Shown: positions 1-12,400 of the stretch, one piece after another
How the letters are laid out: the number at the start of each line of letters is the position of its first letter
How positions within the stretch are numbered: the first letter of the stretch is position 1
Origin: Ascidiella aspersa
Lineage: Eukaryota
DNA: 64,000 bases
Direction of reading: 5' to 3'
Assembly (NCBI GenBank): GCA_963924565.1
Contig: OZ004615.1
Coordinates: 19,840,001 to 19,904,000, forward strand
Position numbers and translations under genes: made by a program
The notes under the pieces: model-generated
The model's input: only the letters and a program-made list of their open reading frames with translations
Databases searched by the model: none
What the model was told of the DNA's origin: nothing

Positions 1-583
1 AATGTCCGATAATTCATATTTCATTTCGATGTAGATACCCGATATTTTGAACAAAAGTAGGCTCTCTCCAACCGATCCGATACCCCTCATTATTAAGGTC
101 TAACAAGTTAAATTGGATGGAATTTGTCGTGCAAACTAATCATTTGTCGGGTTGTAAGGCAACACTTGATTTGAAAGAATTGCCTTTTCAAATAGGATAT
201 GCGCAATTAGAGCGCATACGGTGGCTGAAATGCTTAAATTAAATCAATTTTAAATCAGCCCGCTACCACGTCAGATTCGGATTAGTACCAATACTACTAT
301 TGGGCACCGGGTATCGGCTTCCAATGCCTGATACCTGAAAGTATTTGGCAAAAAGTACTACCATCAAATATGATACCAAATTAGGTCAATATTCAGGTCA
401 AATAGGCAAATATTGATCAAATTGCTATATATAATATATATAATATGGTCACGATTTTCAGGGTATTTGAGCGTATTTGCCCTTGTGTTTAAAAGCCTAT
501 ACTTATTTCCAATTAATTAATTAGTATAATATCTAATTGCCTCCCATCTCTTATAAGTGATGCTTGAATTGCTTCTCAGTCAC

Positions 584-660
584 ATTAACTGAATATGATA
601 CAAGCTCATATCGAAACGTCTTAATCAGGATGCTGTCGATATACTCGACCTTTTCGGCTG
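584..660 (+). mobile_element. Dispersed repeat carrying a degenerate minimal type I hammerhead ribozyme (Penelope-like element terminal-repeat relic)
   Basis: Layout is ATTAA-CTGAATA-T-GATA-(8 nt)-TATC-GAAAC-GTC-TTAAT. Stem I is ATTAA/TTAAT, stem II is GATA/TATC, and stem III is the palindromic ACGT. The core CTGANGA has a G>T change. The same repeat recurs at ~32001-32110 and ~33050-33110. Confidence 0.6.
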
Positions 661-701
661 TGCAACTTATTATCTAGTATAATATTGCCGCAGAAACTTA
701 C

Positions 702-745
702 CTTTCAGAGTAGAAAACTCCACGTTGGATAAGAAAACAACTCAT
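702..745 (-). CDS. Candidate first coding exon (MSCFLIQRGVFYSE[R/S]) of an unidentified gene continuing left of the window
   Basis: On the minus strand there is a TATAAATA box at 942-949 and only one ATG (745-743) between it and a perfect AAG|GTAAGT donor at 702/701. The frame is open to the donor. Homology not recognised; it could instead be a 5'UTR exon. Confidence 0.35.
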
Positions 746-941
746 TCACGGACCCCAATAAAAAATCTCCTCACAGGGTTTATTTCGTGTAGAAAAAAAT
801 AAATTGTGTACCAGTAAACGTAAAATTTACCCTTAATGACTCGTCACTATTTTAGGGAGTGTTGTCCTTAACTTTGAATATTTAGAAAGCCACCAAAAGA
901 GGCCAGACGTTGTACGAAGTGTTTATTTTCGGAAGGAGCCT

Positions 942-949
942 ATTTATAT
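942..949 (-). promoter_or_regulatory. TATA box of the putative minus-strand gene
   Basis: TATAAATA on the - strand, at the edge of a CpG-rich block (~900-1500) that contains CCAAT/ATTGG and TGACGT motifs. Confidence 0.4.
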
Positions 950-3632
950 ATATATCCTAGTCACAAGTGTGGTGTGGCTTGATGTGTCCTCCCGTTCAAC
1001 CGGCGGCCTGTGGGCAGTTTCTCACCAAACAGGTGTATTATAGGTTAAATCAAACTTGAATCGCAACCTTTCGTCACCATTGTCTGTCGCGCGGAAGCAA
1101 TAGGCGTTGAAACGTGACGTTGTCAAGTCGCGATTACAAAGGGATTATATTTGTCATCACGAATAAACGCCCATGGAGCTCGATAGGTGGTCTTCACGTT
1201 GGCCTAATGCATTAGGTTTAGTGTCTATTGGCCGGAACTGATACGGGGGGTGCTGGCCCTTTTTAAGGGACTTTCCCCGAGTCGTGGCCAACGCAGTTGT
1301 GTAAAAAGGACCACCGTTGTCATTGGATTGTTGTACAACGCAGAATTCTGTGACGTATGTAATAGGCTTTTCGTCAGACGCGCCTTCGCGAAGTTGTTTT
1401 AAGGATGAATCGGACAGGAATCGATTTCCGACAAAAAATCTGAAGTAGCCGTTTGTTTATCCGCAAACATAACATAGGTGAGCTTCGTACACGAATCGCG
1501 ACGCGATGTGGATTCGTGTTTTCAGGAAGTCAGGAGAAGCGACTTGACGTTGTTCTAAAATATTGACTTGACTTAAAATTAGACTATTTTCAAATTTGAC
1601 TTTACATTTTTCGCTTTGAAAATTTTCAGCACTAAACTAGGCCAATTTTTGGGATTTTTTTTTTCATACTTTTGGAGTTTCTCAACCGGAATAATTTGTT
1701 TTTCAAAATAGCAACAGCAAGTGCTCACATGTCGCGTAATAAAACGAGAATCCCGTTGGTTTTACGCGGTTCAACGAAACTGCCCAGGCGCCAAGCCGGA
1801 TTGCGAAAGGCGAAAGAGTTGATCACGCATTGATCGATGAATTGAAACCCTTTGTGGAATTTCGATCGCTCTCGCGTCAGATTCAAGTAAATCGTGTTTC
1901 TCTTTTCACACTCGACCTCCTGAATATTGTTTGCGAGCGATGTTTCTCTTTTTGCCCGTTGGCTGTCACATCCGGTGCCTGTTTAGGTGACTGGCGGGCA
2001 TCTCTATTTATGGCGTCGTCACAACTCGGAAGTCCATTCACCGCGCAAACACGCGACTGCGACAAACATTTCTGGTGCCCCCCTCGAAAGACAAATCACG
2101 CCGAAAAATCTGGGCGGACGTTAATCACCGCACCGCAAAAGCGGTGACGCCAACCTGGAAGTATGCACTTTCCCTTTGGCCCGCTTCGGGGTTGTTTACA
2201 AAACTCCCGTCCGACGACCGCAGGGTTTACAAAACTCTGCGCTGTAAGCGGACACCCCGTCAAAGAGAGAAGCGGCGAATAAGCCAATTGGCGACCCTGA
2301 CGGTCGGGATATGTCACGATGTGAATTCCTCGTGCGGCCTAGCGTTCCGACTGGCACCCAGACCCGGTCCCTCAAGGATAGTCTAATCGTTCTTTGGGTT
2401 TGTCCAATAGTTTTGTTTTCGGTTGGGCTAATATGCAGGCTACTTTATTTTAAAACCGATGCCTGGTATAAAAAAACAGCAATAACGGCCACACGATTCG
2501 ATACCAATATTCATTAGAAGGCTACATTAATCATTAAAATATAGGGCATAAAAGGACACGTTAAACAGGCTTTTTGGGTATATTTAAATAAAGCATTGAG
2601 AAATGAAATCCTATACGCCTTTCAAAAAACAATTTTAGTGGTTTTTATTTGTTAACCATTTACTGACAGGGTTACCTTCCAAGGGAGAAAGCGTTGCGTT
2701 TCATCGCTATTTGGCTGCTAAACCTTATGTTAAGGAGGTGTCCGATGGACATGGAGTTCACTTTTGTTTCGGACGGGTATCTAATTCGATCCGATATTAC
2801 ACTGGACATTCCTTTAATTGTGTAATAACGCCCACAAAACAGGTAATTACGAGGGAAAATGTGGTTCAAGAACTCAGGTTGACGAACAGTTAAATCTGCT
2901 TAGTAGGCTATTTTTTAAAATGACGGTATTTAATTTAAGTCCGTGTGTAAAACGTATTTACCTTTGATCCGAAATTCATAAAAACTCGTATACAATGCGA
3001 TGCAAAGATTTCTAACAAATCGCCAACGATAGGCCAAGTATAGCAGGGAAACCGCCAAACCTCGAAACTTAAAGCATTCTAAGTCCCAAAGAGACCCCTC
3101 CACCCAACGTTCCTAACCAGGCCAGGCGAGGTCGCATACCGCACGTTATTTTGCGCGCTGCCTGTACTGCTTGGAATCCATCGGCGGCGTCGAATATGCG
3201 GTGCTTGGGCGCGCGCGACACGGCGTAATTGGCGTCGCTCGTTTTGCAAGCCTCGAAATAAACACCATTCGCCTCTTGCCGGCTTTGAAGGACGACTTGG
3301 ATTTCGGCGGAGGGCGTTTTAACGCCACTGCTTAGTATTTGTGCTTGTCAGACCCCACTTAACAAGTGATGGAACGTCCACATATCTCAGGCCCCGTGGC
3401 ACTGACGCCTTGTAAGGGTCGCGAGGATTCTGCTAGGAATGTTGTCGCGGGGTTTCGGCTCGTGACAGCCAAGAGCAGTGGCTCCCCATACTTGGTGGTT
3501 TGCCGACCCCTGTTTGTAGGCTTTCAACGTTTGGGCTTTCCCTGCACATCAATAAACGCATTATAGCTGATAGCTTAAAACACTTTTAGGAATAAATGCA
3601 CAACAATTAGGAATAAATGCAACAGGTTAAAT

Positions 3633-3941
3633 TAGTGGTTCTCAACCGGGGTGCCGCGGCGCCCTGGTGTGCCATTTCTAATGCTTAAGGATACCGATGC
3701 TCAAGGAGGTATTTGAGAATTTTTAACAATCTTATTTTGGTAAGCTTTTTGATACAACTATTTGTGTACGATTAGAGACCATAATATCAAATTTCATTTT
3801 CCCACATAATTTAATTTAATTGTGTTGCTCCATTTCTATTTATAGTGACATTTCAGTAAAATACTGGAAAAAGAGTAAGAAATTCCAGTCGCGGTGCCGA
3901 AAATATATTTGCCCTACGCCATAAAAGATTGAGAATCACTG
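3633..3941. mobile_element. hAT-type MITE
   Basis: TIRs TAGTGGTTCTCAAC / ATTGAGAATCACTG; perfect 8-bp TSD GGTTAAAT (3625-3632 and 3942-3949). Confidence 0.85.
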
Positions 3942-6900
3942 GGTTAAATGCATGATGAATTAAACAAAGCAAAGTAAATGTACAAGAACGTTAGATTTAT
4001 AGACGGAAAACACGACATTACGTGCAAGGCAGGTCTAACGAGCTCTTTTTACACTTTAAAAAGATGGTTCAACTTGCGAATAACTAAAATTGTGACATTT
4101 TGATTGTGTAATATCTCGATAGAGCTATACATTTAATCCTCTGCTCGTGAGAAACAAGGGGTCCCTATTAAAAGACCGTGGACCATGCCTGTAAGTTCCT
4201 ATAGCAAGTCTTCTTGTCAAATTTAGTACATACCGTATCTGCAAAACTTGAGCATGCAGCTAGACTGCATAGCAGGTGCACAGCAACGAGCGAAAAATTT
4301 ATCCAGCCCCTTATAGGGCGCAAAGCCGAAACGCACCGGGGTTAACTGCATACCACGGGGGCGCCGTAATTTGTTTACGTTGAGAAGATTCTATAGGTTT
4401 TATGCTAATCTCCCCGGGGCCTTCTCAAGATAAACAGAAACGTTCGGTCAACTGTGTAATTGGTTGGGGTCGGGGGTAGAGCATGGTGTTGCGTGGCAGG
4501 CCATGTGCGTCATCTGGACGTGTGTTTATGACGCGACAATCGGCTTTTCTTATCCCAAAGCCGAGTGCTGGATTTCACGATCGACGCGACCGCAAACCCC
4601 AAATAAAGGCGCCTGGGCCAACGGCCTTTCGAGCTAATAGATTATGAGCTATAGGCGCGGTATGAGCGCGAATTATGGGATTTGGCGGCTATCTATCCGC
4701 CCGTCGATCACGCACCGCTCCCAGCATGACACATTAAAGCGCATTCGAACGATAAATCCCGCTAAAACGGAGTTCAAAGTCTGCCCGGGCCCCGCTACTG
4801 TCGTTTTCTCACGCCGGGAGTCGTCTGGCCGGCTACGGGTGTTCCAAGCCTGAGCGCTGAAAAAGCAAGATCTTACCGAGACAGACTATTTGTCTTCTGC
4901 CAATCCACTTGCTCGATTTTTGTTTAACTATATGCTTGCTAGACTAAGCACTCTCAACGTGTTTTCATCCACGGGGAAGCATGTGATTTTCGAATATTCG
5001 GAGCCCCAACAGAAACCAGTACAGGACATTTTTCTGAGCTTCGTCTAAAACACTAAAAGCAAAACTTTCCAGTAGTTGCTATAGCCTACTTGCTTCATTG
5101 ACCGATAACGAAGTAAACAGTCACTGTTAGAAAGGATTGTTTAACAACTTTGACCAGACAATGCAGATTTTATTGCTTCTTTCGAATTACTCTTCGGAAA
5201 ATCTGTGGACCCCTAGGTCACCGTAAACCTGGGGTTTTAGTACGTTTTCAGTCCGTGGCACGCTAACAGAAATACCCAACTCGGCGGCACACTTTTTACC
5301 AAACACTACAAACCTAATAGTCGCTTAACTAGACGACAAGAGTGTATGGTAAATACATTAATGTTATGAATTATATCTAAAATTTAACGTACATTTAAGG
5401 CTCGCGACAGTATATGCCTATTAGTTCAACGTATACAGGTTATAGTTTCCCTAAATACATGAAATTTTCCGTTATCCTTGAGTAGTGTATAACCGCGGCA
5501 CATAGTTTGACAGTTCACTTCTGTAGGCCCTTAAGGTAATGTGAACACGTGGTATAGAAGCCGTGTGCTAAATCGAAAACGCTGGTAGTTATCCCAATTG
5601 ATCGGGCACACTCACAAATGACAAGCGCCGGTTTTATCGTCCAATTGTTGCGTCAGGGGATCTACAGATCGTCGCGAGGGCAGATTATCTCAGATATCGG
5701 GCGGCGATTATTTCCGGGCAGCGGCTGCTTACCGGAAAAATGGCGGTTTGCATCGCGTGCCGTGCCAAGAACCCTGGGCGAAATTAAGGCTCTTGCGACG
5801 GCACGCTTGCAATCAAAAGGCCCGTATCCTGTCCAAGTCGTGGAAAAGTTTGCACAGCGGTTGTTCGTGTCGGTGATATCGCAAGATCGGACAACCAATA
5901 TCCGATCATTTCGTTTCGCCGAACGAAGCCAGACGTTTGTTCAGATGCGATCTTACGGCCAATGCTGTGTGTATGATAAATAAACAAATAGAAATGTACA
6001 GCGGACGCCCGGGCCAATCTTCCGACGTTGCAAGATGTGATGTCACTAATCAGGATATGCGAACCTAACATTCACTAACCGCAGACCGAGTTGTATATTT
6101 ATTCGGACCATCTCGGGCGGCTATACCTCAGCATATGACGTTGTCAGACAATGGGAATCTTTCCTAACGTGGAGGCCGTCGTTTTAACAGTTAGCTGACT
6201 CACGGGTCATCAGCGCTTACAGATGTGCCACAGAAAAACCACAAGGCTATTTCCACCCGCAGGACTGATCCATTTTGGTCTTTTTCCCCGTCGACCTGTT
6301 AAAATCCGCCCCTAAAAGCCCATACCTTTGCGCTTCTCGGAAAACTTGCCAAGAACCGCTGCAAAACAGAACGTTTAACTAAATTCGATCCCCGTCGCGC
6401 GCCTTAAAGAGGCGTTGTCGTGATATATTAACCATCTGATAACTGCGACCGAACAGCGCGACACATTCGGCAGGGGGCTTGGGTCCGCTTCTGGGTGAAA
6501 GTGGCATGTAATTAGGGGCGAGGCGCTGGGTTATGGGTGCGATGGGGTCCGCTCGCGCCGCCGCCCCATCGTGATGGGGCACCAAGCCCAGGGAAAACGT
6601 CGTTTATAAAATTCCGCCGGATCGAGTTGCCTTTGCTGGGCCCGGGCGTTCGTGACACGCGCCAATATGGCGTTATATTTGGATGTGGGAGCCTATTTGC
6701 GGCTCACGCACCTTTAATATCGCGGGCCCTTTGAGTGTCCCAGTTTCCCCTCGAAAACACTTGACTATACCCACGCACGTTCCCACACGAATATAAGATT
6801 TCTTACACTTGTGCGATTCCGCGGCGGATTTACTACACGACATCACTCCATTAAAACGCCAGATCGCAATCCGTGTATGGCAGATCCTAATCCGCACGCA

Positions 6901-7959
6901 AGCAAGGACTTGTTTTACGACCGTTTCGTCGTACTTTGTCGGCGTTTCGCCTTTCACGCATAGCGGCCGTCCATATTTGGCGGCCGGGCCGGCGGCACCC
7001 GCGCCAGGTATCTGCAACATTTATCACAATATAGCAGTTACAGGCGGGCTCGCTTTACTTGCGATTAAGGCAACTTGACACCGGCTTCGTCGCCTGCACC
7101 AACGCTAGCCGCGTTCGGCTCATGATCGCATTCCGTTCGTATTTCGTTCGCCCGCCGTTCAACTTGCCCTCGCCTAATTGCTTTGCGCCGTGCCGCGTTC
7201 CGTGTACAGTCAACGGCGTGACTTTGCTGTCCCCTGTTTGCCCCACACATTAGCGCCGACAGGCCGCGCGCCGGGACACGACAAGCGTGGAGTCGTTGGA
7301 AGCTGCCGGAACCGAAAACCCCGTAAATGGCGAAAACAAGTCGCACGGTCTCGTTGGGGCGTCTGAAAAATCATGCCCGCGTTCCGCGCCAAAGCAGTTA
7401 TCGGAATGTGCCAAACTGAAAAATACAAATTGTATTTTAAAGGGGTGACCTTAGAGCGGACTATTCTTAAAACGCACTTTTTTTCGGTAAGTATCGATGA
7501 ATAATGACTTTTTGCCCCAATGGTCATCGATATGATATGGAGGGAACGTTTGACGTCAAATGTTCGACAACCGAAAATGGCTATTTCTCTCGTCGCAAAT
7601 TTAGATTTTCGTGACCGACGCAAAATTCCCGTGACACGCGTTGACCAGTTTTGCTCCCACGCGCGATTTTCCGTGTTCCGGTGGACACCACATGGAACCT
7701 GTTCGGTGGCGTTTTAATTGCGCCTTGAAAGAAACCGCAATCAAATCTGTAAAACTTGAATTTCCAGAAGCCTTTGAGATAATCCTGCTCACAGAAAATT
7801 AAAGCAACGACTTATTACTCATACAGAGTTCGATCGAAAAAAGTTATTCGTTTTGGTAGCAGTGAGCACTGAATATGTGATAACGTAAATCAATTTGACC
7901 CTTGCAAGATAAATGTCGATCTTAATTCGTGATCAGTAACAGTAAAATACTCCACTAAA

Positions 7960-8131
7960 GCTAGCAATTAAGGTCAGAAACTATAAAAAGCTCCTAATCT
8001 ATGTATTATATATATATTTCGCCAACAAAGGCATCGTCAGTTAGAATTATGATATACTGGCGATGCTTTTGCTGACGAAATATATAGATAAATTTTAAGA
8101 TCTGTTAAAAGTGTCTGACCCGAATTGCTAG
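7960..8131. repeat. Degenerate fold-back (inverted repeat), MITE-like
   Basis: CTAGCAATTAAGGTCAGA...TATATTTCGCCAACAAAGGCATCGTCAGT pairs imperfectly with ACTGGCGATGCTTTTGCTGACGAAATATA...TCTGACCCGAATTGCTAG. Confidence 0.6.
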
Positions 8132-9300
8132 GTTTGGCACAGTATTCTGATGTTTTTGTAACAAGGCACTATTTTATTTACTGGCCACGGGCTCTGATTA
8201 ATCGACGTCCGATATCGGCGTTGTCAGCTGCGATTTCGATAAATCGCCAGAGTGTTTCGCCTGCCGATTCGCCGAAGCGATACGCGCGACTTTGAAGCTG
8301 TCGAAACTGGGCAATTAGGCCGAAGTACGGGAGACTGACAGTCTGTTCAACAGCAACAGGAGCAGCTAAGTGATTGGCCTTCCAGGAAAGCGTTAATTCT
8401 TCCCGAGTAGGCTGCTTTGAATGATGGCGCTATCGAGCCTTCTGTTAGCAAATAGGACAATACAACAAGCCTAACGTATAGTGGCTACCGGTAGCACGTT
8501 TAATCAGCGCGCGGGCGGTCCGAGGCGTCAGTCACCTGCCTTACGTCACAAGTTCAAGTGCACAAGTGTGCCTCTGTAATAGCCAGGTATGCCGTTCGAT
8601 TGCCGCATCGAGATATAGGCTTGTGACCTCTGTAGAGCTCCAACCGTTGCCAGTTGTTTTTTGGGTTGGGAAGCGTACTCTTTGATAGATCATACGGAAT
8701 TCATAAAACTTTAATTTTCTTTAGATGGCCATTAATTTATTTAAATGTTTGAGAAGAACTTTATCGCAGTATTGTTATTTGTGAAACATCTTTAATCCAA
8801 CTCACTACAATTGCCCACATTAGGATATTTCTCTTTTTGAAAACTAAATGTTGGCTTTTAAAGTCGGTTAAAAGTCGTTAAATTCTAAGCAAACTACAAA
8901 CACACAAAGAAAATGCCAAAAAAAAAAATAAATCTATGCCAAGGTTTTTGTTATAACATTCCAAGTCCCCACATCTAAGCATTTAGATCCAACGAATCTA
9001 CTAATTTCAAGACACAAAACGTAGTTCACTTGAGTCGAACATCAGCAATGTCCAGCGCAGTATGCAATCGTTTATTAAGTGTGAACGGCGCATATGGGGC
9101 CGACATACGAATCCACGAGGTAAAGCAATAAATAACAGCCAAGAGTCGGGTGGTGACAATGGAAGTGGACGCCGGACCTTGACGTCGCACTGTACGTTGT
9201 GATCTCATGCTCTATGAATAGTCGGGCGGGTAAGAAGTCGCGCCCTCGAGTTAAAGCACTCGCTCGCAGCGCTCGCGCCGTCCGGCCGACTTCGGGGCCG

Positions 9301-9308
9301 CATAAAAG
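9301..9308 (+). promoter_or_regulatory. TATA-like box (CATAAAAG) of the MSMP-like gene
   Basis: Lies in a CpG/GC-rich block with GGGCGG boxes, ~170 bp upstream of ATG 9475. Confidence 0.45.
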
Positions 9309-9474
9309 GGCGGGCAATCGCTCGCCAAGGCTATTCGCCGCCGCCGAGCCTAAGAGCAACATCACATAGCGTATAGTCATAGTCAGCTAAAAAAGTCTTA
9401 GTCGTTTTCGTCCTTAGCGGAAGAGTTCAACTCACTCATTTCATCTGTCAGCCAAATTGCCGGTTCTGTAGAGA

Positions 9475-12400
9475 ATGACGGCCCTCCGAGCTTCAGCATT
9501 CGCCTTGGTGGCCCTTTGCCTAGCCGCTGCCGCTTCGACGGTCCGCGCAGGCAAACATAAGCACCGCTACACTACAGCTACCATCGCAATGACCGGGAAT
9601 TGCCACGTCAATCTGCGAAGTAAGTGTTTGCTTTTTCTTCGAAGCTCGAAATGATCTGGAAATAGGCGAAAGGTAAAGGGCCTATCGGTTTGATTCGCTT
9701 GTCGCCTTGTATAGGCTAACGATATGAACTCCAAATGCCCAAATTGTATTTATTATTTCGTACTTTCTGAGGAGATGTTACGTTATCAGCTGGACTATGA
9801 TAAGCTTTGATAGAGGCGCGACATGTAATTTCCGTTCGACTAAAAATGTTTTTAAGCAATTAAATTAAAATATTTTTGCCCGGTTCAAGGCACTTTTATT
9901 TTAGTTTTTTTAAGGTTATTGCAATTTGTGTAAATAGAAAATCGCTGTCCAACTTTTATAGTTTTAAACAATCGAGACTCAACACTGAAAAAATACTTAA
10001 ACGCTTTAATAATACCAGACGTATACTCCGCGAGTTAAGGTTTCGCTGGCTGCCTATATGTTACTTTGCAAACCGCGACCGGCGGTCTTTGCAAGGCGAA
10101 GTGCAGAGCTAAGAACTTCTTCAATTACAAAGACAAACCTTCGCACAACTTTTACCCGGGCTCCAGTTCGCAAACCGACGTAAGCGTAGCTCAAATTCCT
10201 TTCGAGCGTCAACATTGTATTGCTGGCGGCCTCTACTGTTTCCAAAATTCCGCGCAAATTTCCCGGGTTCGCCTTGAATTACCGAACAGCCCGAAAACAT
10301 CGTGCCACATTCGCCTTGGAGTATTTATTACGGCGTTGTCAATCATCCAATCGACGAGCCGCGGCCGACGTTAGCCGGAGATTGTCTAATGCAAACATCG
10401 AGATTCGGCGCTTACGGGCGATATTTGACCACTGTGGCGAAACGCTTCGTGCATCCAATTTTGCAGCTGCCCCCCGTTGACTGACAACCGGGTCAAATGG
10501 CGTTTTAAAAACAAGATCTTCGCGAAAGGGGTTTAAATGCTTTATGTTCTGTTTAATCGCCATGCGATATAGGAAGGGAAGAAATGCAGGCGGTATGTAA
10601 GCCCTTTTTTATATTTTAAATTACGCAAAAAACTATTCGCCCTAACAACTTGGTTTTTAATTGTTAATCCCAAAAGGCTAACAATTTCACAAGTGTTTAT
10701 TTTACGACAATCGCGATTACTCGAAATATTTACCTTCAGCGACACGGAGGCGGGCGTGTGACGTATACGCTACGTAATGCCGACTGTCAATCAACGCCTG
10801 GCCAATGTCCAAACATGACGTAACCTTTGGGCGACAACGGCGGCCGAAAAAGTGACGCGGTCGCCTGTCGGATTAAGATGTCGCGAAAAGCTGCATGGTG
10901 TAATGCTTAGCTACGCGATTACGACCGCTCGGGGTGGGCGTGGTCTAAAGGCAGGCCGACACGCCCCTTTGAAATCTGTTGTAATTGCGCCCTTCGTGTC
11001 GCGAGCCCTTGCAAGAGCTGGCGGTCGACGTATTACCAGAGATTAAGATTCCGCGGCCGCGGTCACACCCGTCCAGTTTGAATAGCCCGCCTTAAGCCCT
11101 GTGTACTGTCAATAGCTTAGCTAAGCGCCCAGTAGCACTCATAGTGTTGCGGGTTTGATGCGGTTTGTAAACCGAGTGTTAGTCGCATTACACACACTAG
11201 TCGCATTACGTATATCGCTTCTTCGCCCGCCGCTACTTGCTAAACGTATTTTTCCCCAGCTAACTTGGCCCGTGCCAAGTTCCAGTAGTCGCCCAGTCGC
11301 ATTCCAACCACTATTAGAGGCACGCCACAAGTGTGTACATGTAGGTGGCGGCATAATTGACAGCAGCAAGTAGCGATGTGACAGTTCTTGATCTTCCTCG
11401 CATGATCAGCTCAAGTGCTATATAGACAAGCAATTTGCGAGGTTATTAACTTAAATGTGTTTTTTTGCTTACTGCACAGTCCACGGTTTATAGATGCTCC
11501 GCCAAGGTCAATCATTGCGCAAGCTAAAAACCGGATCCCAACCTATTTATTGTTGGTCACACAGTTATCTTTTATTGCTGATTAGTACAGTATATAACTA
11601 AACCGTATGATTTTTAACTCCGTAAGCACCCAAATTCCTTGGCCCTTTATGTCAGTTTCTAACTCTAAGGTTTTTTTATGAAGGTGACAACATGATCCGA
11701 CTGAAGAACGGTAAAAACATCTGCAGATACCGGGGAAAATACCACACACCTGGGGCCACCTGGTTTGACACTTCCCGATGTATGCAATGTATTTGTCTGG
11801 CACCGAACGGCATTCAATGCTGCAACATGTAAGTTCAAATTATGTTACGCGAAACGCGTGTTTATGCAAATAAAGCGTGCTTTATTTACTCAAATTATTT
11901 AAAAAAGCTTATTGTTGATTGATATTGGGTTAGGACAGCTGTAGCTATTTTTTCAATGCAACTGATCTTATGTTTACACTGTAGGCTTATTGAAAAGGTA
12001 GCCTACGGTAATTTACTGTTTATTCGAAATATGACTAGGCTATCGTTAAACCACAAAATTTATTTATACTACACAACACCTGTTGCCATACGAATCAAAT
12101 TAACTCTTAGTCGCATTTCAAATTTACAAAAAAAATCACACAAATTTGCATTTCCGACAATAAAGGAGAAAAACTATTAGCGGTGTGTTGCGTTTTTTGA
12201 TATTTTGTGCGCAGGCTGCCCAAATATAGCATACAGAGCCAACATAGATGTGGTACACACTTTTTAACCAGCGCTTGCTTATTTTGTCGTAGATTGTTGA
12301 AGCCGCTTAAGATGCCCAAACGTTGCGAGCTCGACCCGCACCCTAGATGGACCACGGTTCCTCTGCTGGCGTCCTGCATGGCTCCCATAGTAAGCACCAA

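Noticed and set aside
1404-1483. Plus-strand ATG and AG|GTGAG donor
   Set aside because: The frame stops after 12 codons and no partner exon was found; at most a non-coding exon.
1830-7792. Many overlapping 60-137 aa ORFs
   Set aside because: No recognisable domains or splice-compatible chain; such ORFs are expected by chance in GC-rich non-coding DNA.
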